From positions 1 through 32,220 of the forward strand of contig JBJCIZ010000995.1 in NCBI GenBank assembly GCA_051294375.1: 32,220 nucleotides of DNA, given 5' to 3'. Below, in pieces: positions 1-14,002 of this stretch (its first letter is position 1; each line of letters starts with the position of its first letter). The translations under genes and the position numbers were made by a program. A model generated the notes under the pieces. That model worked only from the letters and a program-made list of their open reading frames with translations. It did no database searches and was not told the origin of the DNA. The DNA is from Paraspadella gotoi. Its lineage: Eukaryota; Animalia; Chaetognatha.

Positions 1-1569
1 TACTGATAGTTTCCTATTCTAATTTGTCGTTATGTATTCAACTCAACAAATATTGGTTAAGTATTTTACAGTGAAGTACATTCTAACTTCACTATAGAAA
101 GATATTTATTTTCTCTATCACAGTCTCTCAATTCTTAGACCCTCACAAAGTCATCTCTTTCTCATCTACCTCTCCTCTCACACCTCTCTCTCGGCTCCAT
201 CTTCTTCCTTATTGCTCTACCCCTCGTTTCAGTTCTACTCGATCCTCTCAGATACTACTTTCTTTTCAGCTCATATTGTGGGGCGTTATGCAGATGAACG
301 ACAGTCATTTTTGTTTCTTCTTCTTTTTTTTTTCTTTTCTCTCTCCAATGTTGAGAGCAAGAAGCAATAAAATTAATTGCGAAGTAGTTGACACAAAATA
401 CACAATACAAAAAAAAGCGCTTCGAGATGCAAGAGAACGGATCAACCAGAGACAGATAGGCCTCAATCCTTACAATAACTCTTTATCCTTAATTGAGAAA
501 TCCGATCACGAACATACATGGCGAGTTGGTCGTCAGGAATCACCACTCGACGCAGACGTGAGCTGCTAGAGGAGTTGCGATGTCGATGGAACATTCTTAT
601 TCCTCACCCTAACCAATGTCACCCCTTGCTAGCCAAGATTAATCAAGACGGTACATTCCTTGATTGGCACCCTCCACTGTTCCCACCCATATGTCAGTAC
701 TCATCCTAAATTGCACCAACAAATTTGAATGCCTCTCCTAGCTCTCGGTCATTTCCTAATCACAGCATGATGAACGTCAGTCGATATCATATCTCTATGA
801 CCGTGTCATCCACATCCTTCCCCGTCCGCCCTAAAATCCCGTTCCTCGTTTTCTTCAGGAGGGCGGTGGGTGAAGTGGACAGGAAAGAACGTGGCATGTG
901 ACGGATGAGAGTGGCTGTCACTGAGAGTGAGACGGAGGGTGACTGTCACGAAGGAAGAACGTGACCACGAGGGTTGTAATGTCGCGTAAAATTTGTTGTG
1001 AATGAAGATGTGAGACGTTAAACTCGAGATACGTGACATGGAAAATAATCGCGTCACGAAACGGCGAAAATGTAAAAAGCACAGCGAGTAAAAGTGCGTT
1101 TTGAGGTAATACAATTTCGTACCTTCATGGTAGTAAATTGACGCCGTAACACGAAAGACCAAAGACACCGGTGACACCTGTGACACGTAAGACGATAAGG
1201 CTCAATCATCAACAAAACCCGAGGCATCGAGTGGACGCGAGTCCTATTAACCTCGTGACGCGAAGACGGGAAGAATAAGTCTACGCGCGCCAGCTGTCAA
1301 ACGTAAAATCTGCATCCGCGCGAAAACAGCCGTCACTCGCGCCACGGAGCCGAAGCAGCGGAGTGACGCAGCGTCAACCGTCGACCGGGTGCCGTTATGT
1401 CCGAGCGTGACATCACGTGGCGCGCCCTCAAATTTCGATTTCTTCCCGTCAATTGAGCGTCACGAGATCGTTCACGCTCGGTATCGTTCGTCGTCGTCGT
1501 CTCAGCGTCTCGCGATCGTCGTCGTCGATCGTCACTCTTTTCATAACTGTCGATCTAAAAAGCTTCATA

Positions 1570-2973
1570 AGGAAAAGGAAAAACGGCCGGAATAAGAGAG
1601 CGGAGAGGGGGGAGAGAGAGGAGATAGTAGGGAGCGGAAAGAGAGTGAGATCGAAGACGGACCGGAGGGACGGAGAAGGTTTATCTAAACACGAGACGAG
1701 GGAAAGAGGATGGCGGCGACGAGCAAGAGAGAGGTAGAAGACCGAGGAGAAGCAGAGAGCGAGGGAGAAAGGAAGAGAGAAAGGGAGGACACGGGAGCTA
1801 GTAGAAAGAGACCAGGGAGGAAAGTAAGGAAAGGAAGAGGAAGTAAAAGGAAGGAAAGGTATAAAGGAAATAGTGAGGGGAGAGAAGAAAGGAAAAGACA
1901 GGAAAGGAAAGGCGAAAGGAAAGGAAAGGAAAGCAAGAGGAAAGGAAGAAAGAAAGAGGAAAAATGAAGGACGGAACAGAAGCGTAGAGGGAAAAAAGGC
2001 GAGAGATAATAGAAAAGGCATTCATGCCTTTAGTCGATGTAAATACGTCGTTTGTGGATTGGCACCCGTATGTATCGTCGTTAGCGTCGTGGGCGGTGGT
2101 CACCAGGCACTAGGATAACTTAAATTTCGTCCGTCGTCGTCAATCGTCCTTTCTTCGTCACGTCGACTCAACAACGATTATTTCCACCCCGATCACTATC
2201 TACCCCATCTTCTAACCCTATCACTCCTCCCTCTCTCATTCTTCCATTCTCATCATTGTCCTCTCTCTCTCTCTCCCTCTCTTCCTCTCTCCCTCCCTCT
2301 CCTCCATTCTCTCCTCTCTCCTCCTCCCTCTCATCCCTCCTCTCTCATTCTCTCCTCCCCTCTATTTCTGCACCCACCGTGTTGCCATTAACCATGAGTC
2401 TCGTCGAATGCTTTCTCCCGTTGAAACCCTAGCGACGACCACTCTTTCGTCGTCACGTTGTCGTCGTCGTCGTGCTCCTCCCCCTCGCTCTTCCCTACAT
2501 TCGGGAGGGAAGGATGAGGGCAGGTGGCGGCGGAAGTTCCTCGGAGTTCGATTTCCCGCTAATATACGATTAGATTTTTTTTTCTCGCACTGTCTTAAGT
2601 AACAATTTATTATTTTTATTAATTGTACATTGTCTTGCTCCAAATGCCTGTCTTTGAAAAGGGATTTATAAAAAAACTATAATATATCTTGTTGTTGTTT
2701 TTTTTAGCGCACGCAGTACTTATCAAATCGATTCTTACAACACCGATCGAAACTAAGGAATCAGAGGGATCAGTGTAACTGCAAATATTGTCAGCTACTG
2801 AAAAATAGAATCTATACTAGAGAATATAAGTATGGTCAAACGTATGTCCACGAATATGAAAAAATATTGGCATATAAAAATATTAAAAATTTTACGGGCC
2901 GAGAATAAAGTGGAAAAAGATGCTTAGAGAGGAGAGGAACGTAGAGAAGAGAGAGTAGAAAGATGACGAGAGA

Positions 2974-3004
<31 letters not shown>

Positions 3005-3714
3005 CAGAGAGAGTAGAGAGAGAGACGAGAGTATAGTCGTCTTCGGTGATGGATGGAGGGAAACGCTTTCAACGTGGACCACTGATGGAGACGGAAGAGA
3101 GAAGAGAGGCGCTATAAGAGAGAGAGAGTACACGAGAGACGGAGAAAGCGTGAGGAAGGGAAGCTGAGAGGGAGAACTGAATCAGCAGAATGGCATGGAA
3201 ATAGACAGGGCCAACAGACAGAGCGTATTGGACGAGATAGAAACATGGGTAAAAGATAAAAGTCACATAATGAAGGAGAGCAAGTGTGAGATAGATAGGA
3301 AGAAAAGATAGAAAAGATATAATGATAAAAGGTGACACGCAAATCCAATCTACATAGGAGAAGGAAGTTATGTAAAATAATGACCGAGTATAAAAGATAG
3401 ATGATAGAAAGGTAGAATTAAAGGAGAAAGGGGGTTAATAGGTAAGAAGGAGATTAGATATAGTATTCTTGTTGATACAATTAAAAGGTGTGAATTGGGA
3501 CGTTTACCGCGACAGTCAGAAGTGAGATGGAACATCGGAAACGGGAGACAAAAAAGATAAAGAGGGAAAATGGCAAAGGAGAGGAATACAAAGATAAAAA
3601 AATATGGCACGCGCAATCTGAAAAGTTGAATATAGTCTACACAGGTAATATGAGACGAGAAGGAGAAGCAAATACACGAAGTAAAAGAAGAAAGAGATCA
3701 TGATGAAGGAACAA

Positions 3715-3761
<47 letters not shown>

Positions 3762-3830
3762 AGAGAGAGATGAGAGAGAGAGAAGAGAGAGAGAGAAAGA
3801 GAGAGAACGAGAGACGTAACGAGGTAAAAT
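1570..3830. repeat. Low-complexity (GA)n/(CT)n-rich, error-rich sequence
   Basis: Alternating polypurine and polypyrimidine tracts, source of the spurious R/E/K- and L/S/F-rich ORFs. Confidence 0.7.
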
Positions 3831-6800
3831 AAAAAAAGACTAAAAATAGGACTCGCAATTCAATCTGATTAGACCGTAGAATGCTGTACATTTCTTGGTT
3901 TCTTCGTATTGCATTAATCAAATATACCTTTAAACCCTTCTCGATGACACGTTAGACCTCTAAATAACTATTTCTATCGCAGGGGAATGTTAATGTTAAG
4001 TTTTCTGATTAAATTACATGTTCATCGGATTAACAAAATAGATCAACATTGTATGAATTCTAAATAATATTTATACAAATACTAGACTTAATTAGTATAG
4101 TTTGATTGTAATATATCTTGTGGCCAAGACAGGGGGGCGAAGTAGGAATAGGTCATATAATGCATCGTCCTATAGAGCGAACATGTCTAGGTATCAGGAC
4201 GGTAATCCGCTTTTGTTTTCGTTTGTGTGATGTTCTTTATTTTAGGTTTTTATTCTTATCTTGTGTTATTTTTTTTTTTTTTGTTATTGGGACAATAGGA
4301 TTGAACGGTTATATGAGTAGTCGCTCATAATGTTTTCAAGATAACTATAGATTCTTTTTAATCAACTGCTGATTAAGTAAACATAAAAATCTTAAAGATG
4401 AAGCCTCTTTAGTGCAGTGAAGTGTTCCGAAGCTCTCAAAGCCACATTCTTAGGAAGAACATGAAGAGTACCGAGCCCATGGGATTAATAATCCAAGCAA
4501 AATAAGACAAAGCGTAATGTCAGAAGTGCATAGAGGCATGTAGAGAGCCCGCTAAATAAACATAGTTTGTTTCTTATTAATTCATTACTACGAGATGGAA
4601 AATTTAACATGCTTGTGTCCGATTAATTCGAGTCTGAGGCACCGAAACAGTGAACTAGCACTGAAAAATAAAAGTTGGGCCAATGTGGTCATTCAATTAC
4701 TGATCAAGCATACCTCTGCTGTCTTATGAGATTTGTTACACTGATTTGCAGTGACTATTAGTGTATTCGAGAAGTGAGAGTAAAGCTGAGAATTCATTAG
4801 GATATAGTTGAGCGTTAAGTCGTCAGAACGGCGTATACGCGACACTTTTTAAAAGATTTGTTTTTCAATCTGTTCTTAGTATCTGTTTTGAGAAAATTAT
4901 ATAGTCTGAGTCAAGTCTGTCGTGATTACCATTTAATCATAGCACGCTATGGGATGTTAAAGTTTCTAGGATTAGGGGAGATTAAAGTCGTATATAAGAC
5001 AATTCAATATTCTCGACGTAGGCTAGCTCGACGTTGAGGTTATATTTCTGCCAGTCGACTTGCGAATTGATAAAGTACATTTCACAGTCGAAATGAGACT
5101 GGCGAAAAGATTCGAGGTCATACCGATACTCGAAATATTCTAGGCACTAGAATTATAGGACAGAGTTTTGACATACGCTATCGACTGACGAGAGCAATAG
5201 GAGTATAGGTGATATTTATATTAAAGAAGATTCGTTGATTAGGTGACAAATGCTTGTCACAAAAGACTTCAGTGTAAAAAAATAGTACTGGATAGCTGAT
5301 GTACTGAGACATTTTGGAGAATTAGGACCATGCCATTGACTGTAGTTCCAGGCTGACGCTTAAGAGAGATTCAGGCGGTGGTGACAGCAGCTCCGCTTAA
5401 ATAAATAGCTCTTGTGTCATTTCGCTAAGTGTCCGATAAACCAAATGTCTGAAATGATGCAAACAATGTCTCGGACTTATATAAACAAAAGTTCTTTTCA
5501 GCGATCCGGTTAAGTACTGTTGCGAAAGGTATTATGGAAAGGAAAACGAAAAAAAGTGTATCATAATTGCAAAAATACTCAAGATGGATTTCGGCCTTTT
5601 GCTGCTTGCATGAAAACCTGTCGCCTCGCCCACATCGTCATGACTGACTATCAGTATAGGCCGTTCTTTTATTTTCATATTCATAATTCAAAAAACGATA
5701 CTAAAATGTCGCGGTCAAGAATGAATCAAACACTGTTTAACAGAGTTGATACATTTTCGGAATCTTGTGCTTTGTAATCATCAAGGAGCTGCGAGGCTGG
5801 CGCAGGAACTGACATGTTGTATAGGATTCAGTGATTGGTTTTTTTTTCTTTTGTTTGAAATAGCCGATGTGTACAATATTTCATTTCATATCTGTAATAT
5901 GCAATATAGACAAGAAAGAAAGTAGCTACTCAAACTATTTCGTGTAAGGAACAAAAAACAACCACTTACGGGAACTCTAAAAACGCTTACACATAAACAA
6001 TTTGTTGTCTTCCCGTCGATAGGGAAGCAATGGATACCTCCTTCTATTTCTTTGGGATCCCATATATCAATCATCTTTCGATGCATAAATGATCTCTTTG
6101 GCTATAAAATAACTGTTGAAACCTGTCCTCTATGACGTGCTTGGGACTAGGAGTATGAATCTTATCTTTTTCTGGGGACCGACCCGTACCACTACTGGTT
6201 TTGCCGTATAAGAGAAGCGGAATTAAAAGAGTATCCTAACAATTATCCTTTGACATACAATAGTATGAGGTACTTTATAGAAAATTCTATTAATATACCG
6301 CGTTTGGCACTAAATAAGGCACATCGATGCCGTAAGACAGCATATGGGTCAGTGATGAAAAAATCAAGATGGCCTACCGTTTAAGGATGGTCATCAGAAT
6401 ACAGCCCTGCTTGCTCCCTGCTTGTCCTGAAGGACAGGATCTTGGTGGGGGCGGTGCAGGGTAGGAGCTGTAAAGTCCTTGACCGACGCACCTTATTATT
6501 TCATACGCGGCCGTTCGGCTCAGCGGGCCCCGTCCGATCGTCCTGCTGTCCGTCGGCTTGCGGAAGAAGCTGCCATGTAAAACAAAAAAGCTTTAAATAT
6601 TGTATAAGAGTGTAAACATTTCCTCATTCGCGTTTAGAATGGAATATAGGAGAAAGAGCTGAATTAACACTTTGGGATCTAATTGCGTCCTAATTACTTT
6701 TCCTTTGGCGAATAATTGTGATTAAATATTATTATTTTACTGTTGAATATTCCATTATAGATATTACAATTGTTCGCCGGTAAGAACAGCTGAATATCTA

Positions 6801-7058
6801 ATATGCTTTGATTATATTTATTAAGGTACCATTAAACATCAAGACGTTTCATTAGGCATAAAGAAACATATATTAACTTTGCTGTCCTGGCGCCGGCGCC
6901 CGGGTTTGAAGAGTGGTTCCCGTCCCGACGTCTTCTCCCTCTCCGCTAGGTCGAAGGAGGGGTTCTTTCACATTCACAAACCACATCGTCGAGGAACATC
7001 GACCTAATTAACATCGTAAGCGTTTTGGAATGGCACGGACGTTAACGTGTATAAATAT

Positions 7059-7329
7059 AACAAGTAGAGCAAACAAATGTCGGATCTGCCTACGATAAAT
7101 TAAATTAAATTAATTAATTTTAAATATGATTAAATTACATTTTAAATTTTTTTTCAACTTATCATAACCCACACGATAGTTCCTTAAAAATTGGGTTAGG
7201 AACAGTTATTTAAATGATGTTTTTTTATTCAACATTTTATCAAAACAAACAATATCACTCTTATTTTAATTTTATGTTCCGATTCTCTCTCTTCAGGTCT
7301 CTCTCTCTTCTCCTTCTCTCATCGTCGTC

Positions 7330-7362
<33 letters not shown>

Positions 7363-8024
7363 TTTCTTCGCCCAATTGCGACGATCTTTATGCTTTTTCA
7401 GAATTTTTTTTTTAAAACTTGCACATCAATTTTTTCACACATTAATTAATTAATTATATTCATATATTAATTAAACATTTTATTATAAATCATTAAATAT
7501 TAAAGATTCAAGTAAATGTTGACTTATGTTTTTTCCCCATCTAAAACTCATTTCCCCCGTGGGCACATTCCGTCAATACTTTATATATTATTTAATATAT
7601 TAATCAAATATTTAAAAGCTTCCAGTTGGCCAACACGCCCAATGAACTAATTCAAAAAGTTAATTATTGAAAATCGGATTTAGGTAGTAAAAGGACAAAA
7701 AAAATTTTAAAAGAAGAACCTAGAGTTAATAAAAGTGGTTCAAATTTTGGGCCCGCCCTTACTAGACTATTAGGGCCTACTAGAATATGATTGTGCAATT
7801 GGAATTAAAACAATGTTATCGGAAATAATAATTTATCAATTTTACTGTATTTTGTAAGTTAATTTTAAGTATTTTTATTCAGTGAGTAAAATAACAACTT
7901 TTTTATTTCGCTAATTTTTATCTCCGGACTCTCTCTGTCCTCTATCTTTCTCATCTCTTCTCTCCTCTCCTTCATTTTTGCAATTGCGACGATCCCTTAA
8001 TGCTCATTTTACTGCTTCATCTCA

Positions 8025-8055
<31 letters not shown>

Positions 8056-10167
8056 TTGCAATTGGCACGATCCCTTATGCCTTTTAGATTTTTTTAACTT
8101 GTATCCATTTTTCCTGCTTCAAGTAAATGTGATAAACTCAGGTTTTTCCTTTAAAACTCATTTCCACTGGCACAATTCTCCGTCAAAACTTTATATCTAA
8201 AGCTTTTTCCCACACACTTTCCCTATCCCGCCTCAGAAAATTTCATCTCAAATCTATTTATGGGTTAAAATAAGGTAAACAGATTCCCAACGTATATGGT
8301 GACCACATATTTTTTTTTCATTTAAACTCATTTCCACTCGAACGTTTCCACCAGAAACTTTTATCAAGATCGATACAAACATTTTTTCTACCACAACAGA
8401 AAATTGAACTCAATCTATCCCATCCAAATTATGATTAATTAGAAGTATTAATTGGTTAAAATAAGTATAAAAGAATTTTAGGTAAAATGGCGACTTATGT
8501 TTTTTCAACTTTTAAACTCAATTTCCACTCCACACGATTCCCGTCGAAACTTTAATATCCAGCTTTTTTATCACAACACTTTCCCTACCACACACAAAAC
8601 TTTCATTTCAATCCAACCATGCCAATCACGAGTTATTGGGGAGCTTTTATTGCTAAGGTTGGGACGGATGGACGGATTGAATTGACTGATTAATTAATTA
8701 ATTTGGAATTAATTGACTAATTGAGTATTTATTAACATTAAAATATTTGACTTATATAATAATCCTGCATATATCATTTAATAATAAAAGAAAAAAAGAA
8801 GCAATGAATCAAGTAATTAGTGAACAAGGTTTTTTTTTGTTTGTTTCCATTTAACTTCATTTCTCACTAAAAGATTCCACTCGAAATTGGTATTCCTGTT
8901 AATCAAGAACACTTTTCTCATCTCACATACAACAATTTCCAGGTCAATGCGATAATTACAGTGGAGGTAATAAGCTAATCTTGGGTCAACTTGCCATAAT
9001 TTAATCAACTTTGCATAAATTTGGTCAAACTGACATAATTTGGTTTAACTGACCATAAATTTGGTCGTACTGACATAATTTGGCTCACTGAAATAATTTG
9101 GTCCAACTACATAATTGGATCAATTAGATAAATTTGGGGTCAACCTGGCATATATTTGGTAACTGAGCAAGGCATAGATTTTTATCAATAGCCTAATTTT
9201 GTCACAGGCATAATTTGGTCAACTTGCAAAACTTGAATTAACTTGCAGAATTGGTACACTGGCAATAATTTGGTCATTAGCATATATTTGGTCAATCAAT
9301 AAATTCATCCAGAGAGAGAAGAGAAACTTGAAAAAATTCGAATAATATGTGTCTTTTTGGTTTTTCCTAATTGAACTGCTTTCCACTCCTAACGATTCCA
9401 TCAAAAAAAATTTTTTAATCCAGCTTATCACACATACTTTCCTTACCTCACACACAAAATCAATTTCGGATTTATCCTAATCCAAATTTTTTTTAATAAA
9501 CAAAAATTAATTATGAGTTAAATTTAGAGTAAAAAATGAACTTCAATAAAATATGACTTTTTGTTTTTTTGCACATTTTAACATCAAATTTCCACCGCTA
9601 CGATTCCATCGAAACTGACTTTTTTATATCCGGCTTCAGTATCAGCACAACACTTTCCTACCAATCATAACAAAAATTTTTCAAAGTCAATTGCCCCACT
9701 ATCCACTCATGAACAATTGGGCGTTTCAAATAGTGAAATATATTTTTTTGTTTTTTCCATTTAATACCAGTTTCCCTCGCACCGATTCCCTACGAAACCT
9801 TCATATCCATGTCTCTCAACAAGTTTCCTACCACAAACAAAACTTCCATACCAATCCATCCATCCAATCCGGGTAATTATTGGAGTTTTTTTGCTAGTAA
9901 GACGGAGGACGGAACGGACGGAACGACACGGACGGACACGAAAACGGACGGCGAACGGACGGGACGAGACGACGACCAAGACGGAGACAACGACCGGACA
10001 GATCGAACGACGACATATTTTTTTTTTGCATAATTATATCATATTGATGTTCCTGGACATGATATAGTGTGTGCCCCGACAATATTGGAGGGGCGGACCC
10101 GACGGACCCGGAAAAAGGAGGTTTATGACGTCCGGGATTCGCCCTGAAAAGCAGATCCGACTAAAAA
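7059..10167 (-). mobile_element. Full-length HINE family 1 copy (noisy sequence)
   Basis: 3' subTIR and hairpin at 7059-7092, degraded 5' subTIR/IR at about 10130-10167, (GGAC)n at about 9900-10010. Same internal modules as 26355-28739. Confidence 0.75.
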
Positions 10168-10169
10168 TC

Positions 10170-12410
10170 AAACTGCACCGAGATCAACGTCCGCCCGTTG
10201 ATAGGCAACGGATTAAACCGATATAAACGAAGGTGGGACCCTAACTATTTGCGTATCGTTGGGCGGGGAAAAACTTTCTGTCTCTCTCTGCATCTCCTCT
10301 CTCTCTCCTCTCCTATTCTTCTCTCTTCTCTCCTCTCTCCTCTCTTTTTTTTTACAAAAAAACATTTTTAGTCCACTTTTTTTTTCAACCAACGACGACC
10401 GCAACGAATTTAACGAGTTCCGGCTCTCTCTCTCTTCTCTCTCTCTATCTCTATCTCTCTCGCTCCTCCTACTCCATTCCTCTCTCTCTCTCTTTTCTCT
10501 CTCTGTCATTCTTCTCTCTGTAACGATCTCTTTGCGGTGATCGTTCGTTTTTTTTGAAAAATTCGGATTATTTTTTTTCCGTTTTAAAAACTCTTATTAT
10601 CGCCATTTTTTTATTAATACCAAAATCCCCAAAGTTTACCATCCGAGATTTTCCGCTGTTTTACACTTTTTAGATAAAGTAAAAAATCAAACTTAAAATG
10701 ACATGCCATATGTCAACTGTGCATCAGCTAAAGATTGACAGGTAGAGGCATTCCTGTATGTATATGGTATGTATGCAAATTTTTCAAAAAAAAATAATTT
10801 TTTTTTGGTTTTTTTATTTATTACTGTAACTTCTGGGACCGGTCGGGGCCCACTTTTAGGGCAAATTATAAGTCCTAAAAATAGGAGTCGAGAAGAGAGA
10901 TATAGTTCCAAATTACATTACTTTTTTGTTAATTCTGAATTAATATTGGTACTATTAATTTAAATGTGGCGCGAGCCTACTGCCAACGGGTGCTAAGGGA
11001 AATCCGGGAAATAGTTGCTCTTTTTGTCAACAACCTTTGGCCTTTTAGAAAAATCCGTTTTAAGGTGATTCCCGAATCCTTCCAGCGGCTTATTCTTTCT
11101 GAATGAATTTTTGGAGGATTATTTTTTTGCTGCCATTTTCTGTGAAAGCCTGCGAGTTTGGATAGGAAGTACGCAGGTAAAGAATTGTAATAGTTTAGGG
11201 ATTTTTTCTGTCCTCATCCCCACTACAAATTTTTTGCACCCCTTTTTTGGTTTGGAAATCGCGCTTTTCCTCTTTTGTCAACTTAACTCTATTTTGTGGC
11301 ATTCGGATTTTAATTCAATTACAATATGGGTCTTTGGCCCTTATGATATAGAAGTTTCTAAATTCATTGACCTCCTAGAAACGCAGGATGAACAATCATA
11401 AGGCATAGGAAAAGATCAAATTTTTACCCCCATTTCTACATTAAAATGTTATAATATTTTTAGCTGTATAATATTAAATCATTTTTAATCTTTTTAAAAA
11501 TAATAATTTTGAGTGATTTGTTAAACTATTTATAAATTAAACTTAATATGCAAGATTATAAAATTAAGACCTCGGTCTCGGTTTTCTCTTTTCCTAAAAA
11601 AAGAAAAAAATCAAAATTTTCATTCAAGATTAAAAATTATTAAAATGATAGATAGAATAAAAATTTTTTTTTCATAAGTAAAAAAAATTTATTTGGAAAT
11701 CAAAACAATATATCAAGTCGTTAAACTGAGTTTGTCACTATATATTTTGTTTTATGGGCTTATAATTTTTATTTTCTATCGACGTTCATTAAAATATCTC
11801 TCGTCTCTCCGTCTACTCTTTATGTCCTCTCTGTGGTGTGGTCTCTCTCTTCTTTTGTCTCCTCTTCTGTGTGTCTGTCTCTTCTCTGTATGATGCTTTT
11901 GCGTGAATCGTTCGTTTTTTTAAATTCTGATTATTTTTTTTTTCTCTCTAAAGAACTTTTATTACTTGGCCCATTTAATTATTTAATTCTCAATACAAAA
12001 TCCCGATACAAATAACTTAGCTTGACCTTAGATCGTGTCGTTGGCGGGGCACGAGTAAACACAGATGTTCGAGGAACTGACCTATATAACGCGGTTACGT
12101 GTTTATAAAAAAAAAAAATTCAACATGAACCAATTTCACGAGCGCCGTTGCGAGTCAAAGATACCGATATATAACGAGAGTTGACCTAATAATTTGCGTC
12201 TCGTCTGGTGAAAATCTCTCATCCTCTCTGCTCTTCTCTCTCCTCTCTCTCCTCTCTTTCTACTTTTCCCTCTTCTCTCTCTCTTCTCTCTCTCATCTTC
12301 TCTCTTCTCTCTCTCTCGTCTTCTCTCTCTTTTTCTCTTTCTGATCTCCTTTTTTTTTTTACAAAAAAAATTTTTATTAAGTTTTTTTTTTCTTTTCCTT
12401 TTTTTGAAAT
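10170..12410 (+). repeat. Degenerate dispersed/tandem repeat with (CT)n tracts
   Basis: 10170-10620 resembles 12120-12410 (CGCCGTTG..ACCGATATA(T)AACGA..GACCTAA..TTTGCGT) and 11890-12010 (TTGCG..ATCGTTCGTTTTTTT..GATTATTTTT). Confidence 0.5.
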
Positions 12411-12699
12411 CAGCAAGGGCGCCGAACTTTGTTTGGGAAGGGAGCCCTGCGGCTACCTCCGAGGCTCCCCGGACGAGTGTTCCGCGTTCATTCCTCTTTC
12501 TCTTTAATTATATATGTTGACTCTATCTCATCTGCTTGTCACTACCGTCTTTTTCTCCGTCCCGCTGTGCTTATCCCTGGATTGCTGCTGAGTTTGTGTG
12601 ACAGTCTGGTCGTCGGTCGTTGTCCCCGGGCAGTCCATATTTGTTTTTCACATTGCTCCATTTTTGCACTTGGCACTACTTTTAACTCATATTTTTTTC

Positions 12700-13350
12700 A
12701 AATTGCATTAATTATTTTTAATAAACTTGCATAATTTTTTCTGCTTTTTTAAACATTGCCAATAAATTTTTTACTAACTTGCATAAAATTTTTTTTAAAC
12801 TAGCATAATTTTTTAACTTGACATAATTTTTTCAAACTTGCATAAATTTTTTTTTCAACTTAGCATATATTTTTTCAACTTGCCATAATTTTATTTAACT
12901 TGCATTAATTTTTTCCTTGTATTTTTTTCAAACTTGCATAATTTTTTCAACTTGGCATAATTTTTCAATTTGCTGATATATTTTTTGGCAAACTTGCATT
13001 ATTTTTACTTGCCCATAATTTTTTCAAACTTTGTATAATTTCTTTTAACTTGCATAACTTTTTCAACTTGCATAATATTGGTTCAAACCTTGCATACTTT
13101 TTTTCATTTTGCATATTTTTATGTCAAATTTTGATACATTTTTTCAATATTTGCATACATTTTTTTAACTTGCAATAATTTTTTTTAAACTTGACCTAAA
13201 TTTTTTTTCAACTTGCATAATTTTTTTCACAACTTTGCAATATTTTTTTTTTCAAACTTGCAAATTTAATTTTTAATAATTGCATAATTTTTTTATACTG
13301 CACATAATTTTTTTTAAATACAAATAATTTTTTTAACCTTGCAAACCATT
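12700..13350 (+). repeat. ~19-21-bp minisatellite (AACTTGCATAATTTTTTC)n
   Basis: Roughly 30 degenerate head-to-tail units with variable T-run. Confidence 0.85.
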
Positions 13351-13517
13351 TTTTTTCGACTTTAACTACTCTAGTTATCCGATTTTCAAATAGTGAGGGA
13401 CCAGTGAGGAAAGTTGGAAATGGGTGGTCCATTTCTGCCATTCATATCCGATTCAAATATGTTTCTTGTTTGAATTTCCATTTAATTAATGATTTATACT
13501 GCAATATGCAAATTAGA

Positions 13518-13690
13518 TTATAGTGAATTTTCTTTGAATAAGTGAGTAAAAACTGGCGAGATCACTATACTTTTAAGATTTTTTGTGACCGTTTTCGTCG
13601 TCATCGTCGTCGTCACACTTCTTTACCATCGCAAATTGTAAAAGTGTGTAACCATAGGAAACTAAAAATTTAGATATCGCTTTTTATCAG
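13518..13690 (+). mobile_element. Probable 5' end of a third HINE-like repeat family
   Basis: TAGTGA..TCACTA inverted pair followed by (CGT)n. CTGGCGAGATCACT recurs in reverse orientation at about 17462-17475. Confidence 0.4.
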
Positions 13691-14002
13691 CAAGATCTTT
13701 TAGATTTACATGTTTGATATTCCTACACTCATTTGTTTGTGTTTTATTTACAAAAAAGTAATTAAATGTATATAAACGAGTTCAGTTCCAGCGTTTGTCC
13801 AGCGGCTGTCCAGCTTCTCTCTATTTCTCTTTCTCTTTTAATTATATGTTGCCCTTTCTTTTTTTATTTTTTTCTGTCGCTGCCTCTTCTGATTTGTTTA
13901 AAAATGAGTTCAGCTCTGCACTGGCTGTCCAGCGGCTGCTCAGCTTCTCTATATTTTTTTTCTCTTTCTCTCTCTCTCACTCATACATGCATGTTTTATT
14001 TA

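Noticed and set aside
1389-3921. Many overlapping R/E/K- or L/S/F-rich ORFs
   Set aside because: Products of (GA)n/(CT)n low-complexity, noisy sequence.
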